In this document: positions 18,490 through 27,631 of the stretch, piece after piece
How the letters are laid out: each line of letters begins with the position of its first letter
Position numbering within the stretch: the stretch's first letter is position 1
Assembly (NCBI GenBank): GCA_009772965.1
Contig: WPAF01000001.1
Span: forward strand, 78,639 to 142,638
DNA length: 64,000 bases
From: Candidatus Saganbacteria bacterium
GTDB lineage: Bacteria; Margulisbacteria; WOR-1; XYC2-FULL-46-14; WPAF01
Direction of reading: 5' to 3'
Notes under the pieces: model-generated
Told to the model about the DNA's origin: nothing
The model's database searches: none
The model's input: the letters and a program-made list of their open reading frames with translations, nothing else
Made by a program: the position numbers and the translations under genes

Positions 18490-19317
18490 TCATAATAAGT
18501 CTTGTCGGTTATCTTTTCTAATAAAAATATATCCTTTGGTGAAATTATCTCCGTTAGAATCCAATTGATAATCAAGGCTTTTAAAATTGGATAAATCAAT
18601 TCTGGCATTCTCATTAAATTTTTCCAGCATAATAAAACCTATGCTTTTCACAAATTCGATCAATTCCTCTTCATTAAAAATAATAACGGGCAACCCTTTA
18701 TTGCCCTCCATGCAAAGAAGTGTTTTATATTCTTTATTCTGACCGGCAGTGACCCCGCAAAAATAAAGAACTTTGGGCTGAAAGGAATTGATTGTTTCTT
18801 TTAATGCCTCTTGATAATTTTCGAAAAATTGGAGAGCTTGACGAAAAAATAGAATATCTATTTTATTAATTTTTTTAACATCAGTATAAAAAGACAGGGT
18901 TGAATTGCTTTTATATTTTTCCTTTGCAATACTAACGAGTTCTGCAACATCCAAAACGTTCCATTTTACATTGTTGGGCGAGGATAAATATTTTTCAACC
19001 CCCCAAAAAACCTGGCCAACAGAACCGCCATAATCTAACACTTCAATTTTGCTCATGGATGAGAGCAAATTTATCAAAACAATCAATTTTGCAATGCTTA
19101 TATCTTGGAAAGTTTCTTTGGAATATAATTCGGCCCTTCTGAAAAAATATTCCGCATATTTATCAGATGCATAACCATTTATAATTAATTCACTGGGAAC
19201 ATCAGAAAATTCCGCATATACCATGCCGTTAAATTGATTATGACGCTTCAGTCCTTTTTTATTCAGCTTTTTGTACACTATTTTAACTTTTTCTCTTAAT
19301 CTATCAAAAATTGGCAT
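18490..19317 (-). CDS. Putative SAM-dependent methyltransferase (poorly characterised family)
   Basis: VLDYGGSVGQVF resembles MTase motif I. From memory the overall layout resembles the LIC12133-type family found in surface-glycan clusters. Confidence 0.4.
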   Translation of the reverse strand: MPIFDRLREKVKIVYKKLNKKGLKRHNQFNGMVYAEFSDVPSELIINGYASDKYAEYFFRRAELYSKETFQDISIAKLIVLINLLSSMSKIEVLDYGGSVGQVFWGVEKYLSSPNNVKWNVLDVAELVSIAKEKYKSNSTLSFYTDVKKINKIDILFFRQALQFFENYQEALKETINSFQPKVLYFCGVTAGQNKEYKTLLCMEGNKGLPVIIFNEEELIEFVKSIGFIMLEKFNENARIDLSNFKSLDYQLDSNGDNFTKGYIFIRKDNRQDLL

Positions 19318-20347
19318 TTTTCAACTTCCTATTTTTAGCAATTAAAATCGCATAGTCTATCGCATCCAACAAGCTTTTCTCGTCGGCAAGACCTTTCCCC
19401 GCTTTTCCAAAGGCAGTTCCGTGATCCACAGATGTTCTTATGATAGGCAATCCCATCGTAATGTTTACCCCCCCCACCGATTTCCACTTTTCCCCATCCC
19501 AGTCAAACCCATAAAACTTCAACGGGATATGCCCCTGATCATGATACATTGCAACGATAATATCGTATGTGCCGCTTTTACCTTTAGGGAAAATAGTATC
19601 CGGCGGTATTGGTCCCTCAACTAACAAACCTTCAGATTTTGCCCTTTGGATAGCGGGAATAATTTCTTTGATTTCCTCATCCCCCATAATACCTCCATCC
19701 CCCGAATGCGGATTCAAACCGGCAACTGCTATTTTAGGCGAAGAGATCCCCAATTGTTGGCAAGCATCAAAAGCTATTTTTATGGTTTCATAGACTCTAT
19801 CCGCTTTAATAAGATATACCGCTTTTCTAAGAGGAACATGAGTAGTAACATGTATCACTCGAAGATTATCATGTGCTAGAAGCATGGCATAATGTTTGGT
19901 TCCGGTTAATGCGGCCAGCATTTCGGTATGGCCTCGATATTTTTTTCCGTATCCAGCAAGATCAAATGATTCTTTATGGATCGGAGCAGTAACAATTGCA
20001 TCCACTTCTTTCTTTAAAGCTAATTCAATGGCCTTTTCTATATATTGACCAGCAGCTCTGCCGCACGCCTCGTTCACTTTCCCATATTTAAGGCTACTGA
20101 CATCAACATTATTTAGGTCACAAACATCAATGACCCCGGGTTTAAATCCGGCATCCGCAACAGCTTCAACACTATTTACTTTCAGGTCAAGATTGCTAAA
20201 TTTTATAGCCTCAAGCATAGCACTTCTATCTCCTATCACCAGAGGACTGCATTTTGAATATGTCTCCCTATTATGCAAAGCCTTAGAAATAATTTCAGAA
20301 CCGATCCCCGCCGGATCCCCCATAGTTATACAAATAATTGGTTTCAT
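19304..20347 (-). CDS. PdxA-family NAD-dependent 4-phospho-hydroxyacid dehydrogenase
   Basis: ITMGDPAGIGSEI N-terminal signature, GHTEMLA, and HDQGH metal ligands. Confidence 0.85.
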   Translation of the reverse strand: MKPIICITMGDPAGIGSEIISKALHNRETYSKCSPLVIGDRSAMLEAIKFSNLDLKVNSVEAVADAGFKPGVIDVCDLNNVDVSSLKYGKVNEACGRAAGQYIEKAIELALKKEVDAIVTAPIHKESFDLAGYGKKYRGHTEMLAALTGTKHYAMLLAHDNLRVIHVTTHVPLRKAVYLIKADRVYETIKIAFDACQQLGISSPKIAVAGLNPHSGDGGIMGDEEIKEIIPAIQRAKSEGLLVEGPIPPDTIFPKGKSGTYDIIVAMYHDQGHIPLKFYGFDWDGEKWKSVGGVNITMGLPIIRTSVDHGTAFGKAGKGLADEKSLLDAIDYAILIAKNRKLKNANF

Positions 20348-21123
20348 AGTTTTTCTCCTTTAAAAATTGCCAATAATTCGCCATGTATTTTACTGTTTGA
20401 TGCAACAACCTGTTTGGAATTCATACCACAGGGATGTCCGGAGAAGTCAGTTAATTCGCCGCCTGCCTCTGTTAAAATTACTATACCGGCTGCTATATCG
20501 CAAATCTTGGTTGCATTCCATACTCTTCCATCAATTTTGCCTGAAGCAATAAAGCATAGATCTCTGGTAGCTACCCCAAGGATCCTAGTGGTAAAAGCTC
20601 TCTCCGTCAATGTTTTATAATACTTAAAGGAATTTTCAGATAAATGAAACTGGTTATCATAGTTGACGATAGCCTTGGAAAGAACTCCATTGTCTGATAC
20701 GGAAATCGGTTCTCCATTACAAAAAGCTCCTTGCCCCCGCACTGCATAATATAATTCATTCTCCATAGGGAAATAGATAACTCCTAAATCAAATCTATCC
20801 CCTTCCATTAGAGCTATAGAGATGCCACTAAAAGGAAGACCTGCAATATAATTATGTGTGCCATCAATAGGATCGATGATCCAATTTTTGTCTCCCTTTA
20901 CATTCGAAAATCTTTTTTCTTCTGTAATAATTCCGCAAGAGGGGAAACCCCTACCCAATATTGCACATATCACTTCTTGAGATTTCATATCTACTTCTGA
21001 AACCATTTCCTTTGGAGATTTACGAATAATCCGATAATCTTTTTTAAAATTTGCTTTTAATATCTCACCCGCTGTCTTGGCCGCGTTAATAGCAATATCT
21101 AGGGCTTGATTGTCATCTTTCAT
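20344..21123 (-). CDS. Inositol monophosphatase-family phosphatase
   Basis: WIIDPIDGTHNY and ITEE motifs. 4-nt overlap with the PdxA-like gene. Confidence 0.85.
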   Translation of the reverse strand: MKDDNQALDIAINAAKTAGEILKANFKKDYRIIRKSPKEMVSEVDMKSQEVICAILGRGFPSCGIITEEKRFSNVKGDKNWIIDPIDGTHNYIAGLPFSGISIALMEGDRFDLGVIYFPMENELYYAVRGQGAFCNGEPISVSDNGVLSKAIVNYDNQFHLSENSFKYYKTLTERAFTTRILGVATRDLCFIASGKIDGRVWNATKICDIAAGIVILTEAGGELTDFSGHPCGMNSKQVVASNSKIHGELLAIFKGEKL

Positions 21124-22654
21124 TTATTATCACCTTGGACTTTTCTCTTAGATCTTTTTTCAGCAGCTTTCCCGAATGGGTTTGAGGAATGCTTGCAACT
21201 ATTTCAATCACTTTGGGGAGTTTAAGCGCGGATAAATACTTTTTGCAGTGTTCCAATATTTCTTCCGATTCTATTAAACAATTATCTCTTAAGACAATAA
21301 AGCTCTTTATTTCCTCGCCAAAGAGGTCGTCGGGCATTCCTATTGTGGCCGCTTCTTTCACAGCTGGATTCAACAATAAAACCTCATCAATTTCGCCTGG
21401 CATTACATTGGATCCGCCTTTGATTATTAAATCTTTTTTCCTGTCAACAAAATAGTAAATCCCCTGCTCGTTTTTATAGCCCAAGTCGCCCGTATGGAAA
21501 AAGCCGTTCCTCATAACTTCTTTATATAATTTTTCATTCTTGTAATATCCCACAAAGACATTTGCTCCCTTAACTACAATTTCCCCAATTTCATTTGGAG
21601 ACAACTCCCGATCATTCTCATCAACAATTTTTACTTCGTTCACATCCAATGGGACGCCAATTCTGCCAGGCTCCCAATCGGGTTTTCGTGGATCATCGAT
21701 ATGAGTGGGCCCTGTTTCAGATAAACCATAAAGGTTTGCCGTTTTTAACCCGAATTTCTTCTCAAATTCAATTTGGATGCTTTTCTGTAGAGGTGCTGAC
21801 CCGCAGCCAACAAACTTCATAGAGGAGACATCACAACCTTTTGTATCTTGGTAGATATTCAAAATTGAATATAAAACCGTGGGTACCACCTCCATATAGT
21901 TAACGCGTTCTTTTTGAATCAGCTCCCAGATCCTGTTCCTTATCTGCCAAAATGATTCTGCTAAAATCATTTTTCCGCCAGCATACATGCAGGGTAAAAA
22001 AGAGTAGTTTGTGGAAGCGGTATGTCCTAAAGGAAGAAATACAAGATGTACTTCATTATCATTCATAAAATCAAAGCCGCGGCAAACGGAACTAATATCA
22101 GCGATCATATTCTTATGAGAGAACAATACCCCTTTAGGGTCGCCGGTGGTCCCGGAAGAATAATACAAACATGCGGGACAATTTTCGTCGATTTCCACCC
22201 TTGCCCGCAAACTATCCGCATGGACTTCTAAACTTTTTTCAAACAACCTTTCTTCCCCAACCGGGACTTCCACAAAACTCGCCCGTTCCCCCGCAAACTC
22301 ATTAAATCTTCTAGCATCCACCAACACAATGCTTGGGCCAACATAGCTGATATTTTTTTTCACTTCTTCCTTATGAGAAGTAAACGGCATAGGATTAAAT
22401 ATCGCGCCAATTCTTAGCGCGGCAAAATATAAAAAACAATACTCGGGCGAGTTTTCAATGAGCGCGGTAATTCTATCCCCTCTTTCTATCCCTTTTGAAA
22501 GCAAATAATTCGAGGCTTTTTCAACAATTAGATTGAATTCTTTAAAGTAGTAACATCTTCCAGAACGCACATCAGATATAAAAACCTTATCAGGATTTAT
22601 TCTACTTTGATAATAAAGAACTTCGGAAAAATTCTTACAATCTTTAAGTTCCAT
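21113..22654 (-). CDS. AMP-forming adenylating enzyme (acyl-CoA/acyl-ACP ligase family)
   Basis: YYSSGTTGDPKGV AMP-binding motif, GYYKNE, TGDLGY, and a C-terminal SGKLLKKDL Lys. Confidence 0.9.
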   Translation of the reverse strand: MELKDCKNFSEVLYYQSRINPDKVFISDVRSGRCYYFKEFNLIVEKASNYLLSKGIERGDRITALIENSPEYCFLYFAALRIGAIFNPMPFTSHKEEVKKNISYVGPSIVLVDARRFNEFAGERASFVEVPVGEERLFEKSLEVHADSLRARVEIDENCPACLYYSSGTTGDPKGVLFSHKNMIADISSVCRGFDFMNDNEVHLVFLPLGHTASTNYSFLPCMYAGGKMILAESFWQIRNRIWELIQKERVNYMEVVPTVLYSILNIYQDTKGCDVSSMKFVGCGSAPLQKSIQIEFEKKFGLKTANLYGLSETGPTHIDDPRKPDWEPGRIGVPLDVNEVKIVDENDRELSPNEIGEIVVKGANVFVGYYKNEKLYKEVMRNGFFHTGDLGYKNEQGIYYFVDRKKDLIIKGGSNVMPGEIDEVLLLNPAVKEAATIGMPDDLFGEEIKSFIVLRDNCLIESEEILEHCKKYLSALKLPKVIEIVASIPQTHSGKLLKKDLREKSKVIINER

Positions 22655-22659
22655 TATTT

Positions 22660-23067
22660 TTATTTCTTCTCCTTTTCAACAAGTTCAACTAGTTCTTTTT
22701 CAGATGTATAAAGCCAAACTGTTAATTGATCCTTGTGTCCTTTACCAGGAACAGGCTCCCCAAATATAAGAGAGCCCTTTGCCCTTAAGGTTTTAATTGC
22801 TTCATGTATATCATCAACCTCAAAACAAAGATGATGCAACCCTCCACCCTGTGACAGAAACTTACTCACAGGAGAATCTTCACTAACCGGTTTTATTAGC
22901 TCTATGGTTAAATCCCGCCCAAGGCCCATTTCCACAAAACAAACCTCCACCTTTTGGATTGGATCTATGACCGGCTCATCCAATTTTGAAAAGCCAAAAG
23001 TGCTTTTGTAGTATTCAACCGCTTCTTCTAAATTACTTACGACCTTACCAATATGATGCAATCTCAT
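22660..23067 (-). CDS. VOC/glyoxalase-fold protein (methylmalonyl-CoA epimerase-like)
   Basis: MRLHHIGKVVSNLEEAVEYY and GGLHHLCFEVDDI. Confidence 0.7.
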   Translation of the reverse strand: MRLHHIGKVVSNLEEAVEYYKSTFGFSKLDEPVIDPIQKVEVCFVEMGLGRDLTIELIKPVSEDSPVSKFLSQGGGLHHLCFEVDDIHEAIKTLRAKGSLIFGEPVPGKGHKDQLTVWLYTSEKELVELVEKEKK

Positions 23068-24054
23068 TTAAAATATCTCCGTCGAATCACCCATGGTAAA
23101 ATACCAACTTTTTTTATCTTTAACTTCACCCGCATATTTAAATTCTTTGTTTAAACGAATAACAAGAGGAATTCTCGTAGCTTCCTTAATAAATCCTTTG
23201 CCTTCTAAGACCTGCTCGATGAGCCGACTGCCCCATAGCCAACAGGTAACCTCATCAACCTTTTGTTCGCTAAAAAAGCTTAAAGAACCATTAATAATCT
23301 TGGTTATGGTATCTTCATCATGAAGATCAGCAAAAATATCTATTATATGTCCCCTTAAAAGCTTATCCTCTCTATACAGCTTCAAAACCGAATAACCCTT
23401 AAGCTCACCATTAGCATAAACTCCAAATGGATAATACTTCCAATCTGGCCTTTCCAAATATCGCCAATTTAAATAAGCTTTATTTCTAACAACTACAATC
23501 TTATACTTTTCGGAACATAAATCCCAAAGCCGATCAAAATCATCATCAAATTCCTTGACCGGACGGAAAGAAGCTGAATCAGTAATATTTAACGTGCTTT
23601 TATCTATGGCCGGTCTTGTTATTTTCCAGGTATCAAACTCAATCAGATCCTCATATCCCATATGAGTTCTATGCACACGATAAGCTTTTTCATTTGGGAA
23701 ACCATATGTAAAAGGAATATTATTTTGTGCTGCCTCTTCGAATAATTTATCACCAACAAATTTCAACAGTCCCCTATTCTGATATTTTGGTTCGACCATA
23801 GCACCTATTGAATGTGAAGCGACCAATTCCTCATCAAAAACTTGCAGTCGATAAGGAACAACAGCAAAATGGGCAACAATATTATTTCCTTCTTCCATAA
23901 CCCAAATAAATGATTTTCCTGCCGGATTCTGATCGGAATACTTCCAGTACCAATTACTTAATTCCCTTCTATTCCAGGGATGTACTTCTAATCTTCGATC
24001 TAATTCCCAAAGTTTTATTTCGTCGCCTTCTTTATAGAGCCGTATTTTCATCAT
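23068..24054 (-). CDS. GNAT-family N-acyltransferase with an extra C-terminal domain
   Basis: IVAHFAVVPY...EPKYQNRGLLKFV matches the GNAT Q/RxxGxG/A-like motif. 328 aa. Abuts the pseI-like gene with no gap. Confidence 0.6.
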   Translation of the reverse strand: MMKIRLYKEGDEIKLWELDRRLEVHPWNRRELSNWYWKYSDQNPAGKSFIWVMEEGNNIVAHFAVVPYRLQVFDEELVASHSIGAMVEPKYQNRGLLKFVGDKLFEEAAQNNIPFTYGFPNEKAYRVHRTHMGYEDLIEFDTWKITRPAIDKSTLNITDSASFRPVKEFDDDFDRLWDLCSEKYKIVVVRNKAYLNWRYLERPDWKYYPFGVYANGELKGYSVLKLYREDKLLRGHIIDIFADLHDEDTITKIINGSLSFFSEQKVDEVTCWLWGSRLIEQVLEGKGFIKEATRIPLVIRLNKEFKYAGEVKDKKSWYFTMGDSTEIF

Positions 24055-25107
24055 TTATTCCAACATGCCTTCTTGAATTACATCTTCTTTATCAATATCT
24101 ACTTTTACTTTTCTGCCAACAATCAAGCCCAGATTCTTTGGTTCAATTCCGGTTCCAGGCCTGGTCATTTTTAGTTTCTCCCGACTCAACTGCTCACCTT
24201 TATTGATCCTGCATCTGGCTACAATACTTCTTCTTATTATCTTTCTGGCATCCAATTCCGCTTGAGACAAATTTCTTTGATAAGAGCCTAACGATTTTTC
24301 AACTTCTCTCACTGCTCTCACAAGTTCCTGCATGCCACTTGGTTCAAGTGCAAAAGGATGATCTGGACCTTCCATCTTTCGATCAAGAGTTATATGTTTT
24401 TCAATAATGCAGGCTCCCAAAGCTATGGAAGCCATTGCCATATAGTTATCAGGGCTGTGGTCAGAAAACCCTACCGGTAATCCAAAAGTCTTAATCAAGG
24501 TTACGATGTTCTTAAGATTTACCACTTCGGGATTGGGAGGATAACAAGATACGCAATGAAGCAGAGCAATTTGATCGTTTCCGTTCCTTAATATGGTTTC
24601 TACCGCTTCTTCTATTTCCCGTAAATAAGACATGCCGGTAGACAAAATAATAGGCTTTTTAAATTTAGCCAGCTCGCCTAAAAAATCCAAATAAGCAACA
24701 TCTATAGAAGCAATCTTAAAAACCGGAGGATCGAACTGCATGATAAACTCAGCATCCTTAATTGAGTGGACAGTAGAGAAAACATCCAATTCTTTATCCC
24801 TTGCATATTCAAACATTTCCTTAAACCATTCCCGCGGCATCAAAATCCGGTCTCTGGCAACCTCCCACCATGGCTGGTAGCCATAGTCCTTTTCATAGGC
24901 AACGTCACGGGTTGTAATTTTGCCGCTGAATACTTCTAATGGTTCATAAGTTTGGAACTTTATAGCATCAAAACCTGCATCCGATGCAGTATCAATCATC
25001 TTTCTGACAATTGTCTTGTCTAAATTATGATTAGAGCCTATCTCTGCAATAATATAGGTTGGATATTCTGGCTCGATTATTTTTTTATTGATCATTATTT
25101 TTTTCAT
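24055..25107 (-). CDS. pseI: Nonulosonic acid synthase (NeuB/PseI/LegI family) with C-terminal SAF domain
   Basis: IIAEIGSNHNLDKTIVRKMIDTASDAGFDAIKFQTY. C-terminal IVARCRINKGEQLSREKL forms the SAF domain. The Pse assignment rests on linkage with pseB/pseC/pseG-like genes. Confidence 0.75.
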   Translation of the reverse strand: MKKIMINKKIIEPEYPTYIIAEIGSNHNLDKTIVRKMIDTASDAGFDAIKFQTYEPLEVFSGKITTRDVAYEKDYGYQPWWEVARDRILMPREWFKEMFEYARDKELDVFSTVHSIKDAEFIMQFDPPVFKIASIDVAYLDFLGELAKFKKPIILSTGMSYLREIEEAVETILRNGNDQIALLHCVSCYPPNPEVVNLKNIVTLIKTFGLPVGFSDHSPDNYMAMASIALGACIIEKHITLDRKMEGPDHPFALEPSGMQELVRAVREVEKSLGSYQRNLSQAELDARKIIRRSIVARCRINKGEQLSREKLKMTRPGTGIEPKNLGLIVGRKVKVDIDKEDVIQEGMLE

Positions 25108-25120
25108 TTATTACTCCTAC

Positions 25121-26128
25121 TCATTTCAATACTTCTTCTACTGCTTTTTTAATGTCTACGACTTGCGGCAAAACTGCATCTTCTAAAATTTTAGTATTTG
25201 CTATCGGCACATTTTTGGCGGCTACTCTTTTAACTGGTGATTCCAATAATTCAAAACCATCATTTATTACTTGGGCTGCCATCTCAGCGCCCCATCCATT
25301 AAACAATGTCCCTTCTTCAACAATAACAAGTCTTCCTGTCTTTTCGACTGATTCCAATATTTCTGGCATAGATGCTTTATTAATATAACTGGGAACAATT
25401 ATTTCCGAAGTGACCTCATCTTCCAATAGCAATTCATTCAACGCAACCGTCACCCAAGGTAACATACCACCATAGGTCAAAACTGTCACTTGATGTTCTT
25501 TAAAATCATTATTCGACAAAATAATGGTCTCATATTCATCTTTACTTTTTCTGGCAGAATAATCAAAAATATGTCCGTTCTCTAATTCATCAATTTCCCG
25601 GGTGTACAAAACCTTGTTTTCAATAAAAAGAACCGGATCATTATCTTCAATCGCCTTGATTAGCTGCTCACCAGGATCATGAAAGTGACTGGGCGCAATA
25701 ATCTTTAATCCTGGAATGCCTAAAAACAACTTTTCCAGAGTTTGACTGTGGGTGGGGCCATAGCCTCTACGCCCCCCCATGGGAGTCCTGATAACCATGG
25801 GAACTGTTACTTTCCCTTTATACATCCAACCAAATTTTGTTGCATGATTAATAAGTTGATCGGCACATAATGTCAAAAAATCCCCAAACATTATCTCAAG
25901 TATCGGTCTTATTCCCCTCATTGCTAAGCCAGCAGCTAAGCCAGTCAATGCCCATTCGCTCATGGGAGTATTTATAACTTGATCGGGATATTTCGTTGAC
26001 AAACCTTTTGTTATTTTAAAAGCTCCTCCATAAGGGTCACAGACATCTTCCCCAAGGAGGATAACATTCTTGTCTTTCTTTAATTTATAATCTAATGCCT
26101 GACTAATTGATTGTGCATAGGTAATCAT
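25121..26128 (-). CDS. 2-oxoacid (pyruvate/acetoin-type) dehydrogenase E1 beta subunit, lipoyl-linked set
   Basis: Canonical LLGEDVCDPYGGAFKITKGL, NTPMSEWALTG, and FGDFLTLCADQLINHA. Confidence 0.9.
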   Translation of the reverse strand: MITYAQSISQALDYKLKKDKNVILLGEDVCDPYGGAFKITKGLSTKYPDQVINTPMSEWALTGLAAGLAMRGIRPILEIMFGDFLTLCADQLINHATKFGWMYKGKVTVPMVIRTPMGGRRGYGPTHSQTLEKLFLGIPGLKIIAPSHFHDPGEQLIKAIEDNDPVLFIENKVLYTREIDELENGHIFDYSARKSKDEYETIILSNNDFKEHQVTVLTYGGMLPWVTVALNELLLEDEVTSEIIVPSYINKASMPEILESVEKTGRLVIVEEGTLFNGWGAEMAAQVINDGFELLESPVKRVAAKNVPIANTKILEDAVLPQVVDIKKAVEEVLK

Positions 26129-26723
26129 TTAATTTCCTCTCCAGACAAATCTCAACTTCATTCGCTGAGTATTTATATCCCTCTTTCCCCAACGAAGTTA
26201 AAAAATCCTCGTGTTTTCTTTTAAGACGATAAGCAGGTTCCTTTGAGGGATGTTTCAAATATTTATTAATAATTTCCATTCTCGGGTTAATAAGCAAGGA
26301 GCCCTGATAAAAAAGAAGTTTTTGTTCTCTATACATCGAAGAACCTAAAATTTTATTTTCATTTATGCAGATATCTGATATACCCTTTTTACTCAAACCA
26401 TCAATATTTAAATCCCTAAGCCCTTGAACTATTAATTCATTTATCTGATTGAAATATAATTGATTGCCAAAATCACTCTCTACGAATTTAGCAATAGAAA
26501 TTATCAATACCCCTTCAGTTAGAACCACCGCACCACCACCACCCAACCTCCTTAATATCTTAATGTTGTCTTTTTTGGCTCTGCTAACAAAAACCTCAAT
26601 TTCCGGTTTGTTTGCCCTACCTAGAACGATAACAGTATCGAGTGCTGCCCAAATCCTAATCCTGTATTTCCCATCTTTCTTAACCAGTCCTATCATATCT
26701 TTCATATCTTTGTTAAAATTCAT
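26103..26723 (-). CDS. Lipoate-protein ligase / octanoyltransferase family protein (catalytic domain only, 206 aa)
   Basis: LRRLGGGGAVV (RRxxGGGAV motif) and NENKILGSS (catalytic Lys context). 4-nt overlap with E1 alpha. Confidence 0.7.
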   Translation of the reverse strand: MNFNKDMKDMIGLVKKDGKYRIRIWAALDTVIVLGRANKPEIEVFVSRAKKDNIKILRRLGGGGAVVLTEGVLIISIAKFVESDFGNQLYFNQINELIVQGLRDLNIDGLSKKGISDICINENKILGSSMYREQKLLFYQGSLLINPRMEIINKYLKHPSKEPAYRLKRKHEDFLTSLGKEGYKYSANEVEICLERKLNDYLCTIN

Positions 26724-27631
26724 TGAAATAACCCCTCATAGATGCTATCAATTTTTGGAAAATCAGCTTTACTAGCTTTTTCTACAGCTGATTCTATTCT
26801 ACTTGCACACTTTTCACGTATTGAATTTTTTACATCTTTATCCAAACGAGCCCCTAAAATGGTCAGAGGGTCTTTATCTTTCCATCCTATTTCTTCTTCC
26901 CTGGTTCTATAATTACAATCATCGCTTTTACTGTGTCCACACTGTCGATAAGTATTTATAACTAAAAAATGCGGCCTTGACTGCTTTCTAACACCATCGG
27001 CAATCTTTTCAAAAGAGGAATAAATTACTTCAACATCGTTTGTATTCAATTCTTGTGCTTCTATGCCAAAAGCTTTTGCCCGATCAATCATGCTCCCTGC
27101 CACTCCACAGGAAATATGCGTGCTCATTGCATAATAATTATTTTCTAAAACATACACTATAGGCAGTTTCCAAAGTGAAGCCATATTTAAAGATTCATAA
27201 AGCACTCCTTCGCCTAAAGCTCCGTCACCAAAAAAAGATATTACAATTCTCTCGCTTTTCTTCAATTTTTCAGCCAATGCCATTCCGGTCGCAACTGCGG
27301 TCATACCGCCGGTAATTCCGTTGGCATAAAAATCCCCTTTGCATAAATGCTGACTCCCGCTGCGTCCCGCACATATCCCCGTAGCTTTTCCCATAAGTTC
27401 AGCCATTAATCCATCAACATCATCTGTAGAAGCAATAAAATGACCATGCCCCCTATGATTACTGGTAATAATATCGCCTTCGTTCATTGCCTGAGTTATG
27501 CCAACAGCAACAGCTTCTTGGCCGATACAAGCATGGGTGGTTCCAAAAAGTATCCCTTGAGTAAAAAGTTCTTCTATCTTTTCTTCAAAAAGTCTGATTA
27601 AAAGCATTTGCTCAAAGAATTTTTTTCTCAT
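26720..27631 (-). CDS. 2-oxoacid dehydrogenase E1 alpha subunit, lipoyl-linked set
   Basis: NHRGHGHFIA and GDGALGEGVLYESLNMASLWKLPIVYVLENN ThDP motif. Confidence 0.9.
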   Translation of the reverse strand: MRKKFFEQMLLIRLFEEKIEELFTQGILFGTTHACIGQEAVAVGITQAMNEGDIITSNHRGHGHFIASTDDVDGLMAELMGKATGICAGRSGSQHLCKGDFYANGITGGMTAVATGMALAEKLKKSERIVISFFGDGALGEGVLYESLNMASLWKLPIVYVLENNYYAMSTHISCGVAGSMIDRAKAFGIEAQELNTNDVEVIYSSFEKIADGVRKQSRPHFLVINTYRQCGHSKSDDCNYRTREEEIGWKDKDPLTILGARLDKDVKNSIREKCASRIESAVEKASKADFPKIDSIYEGLFQ

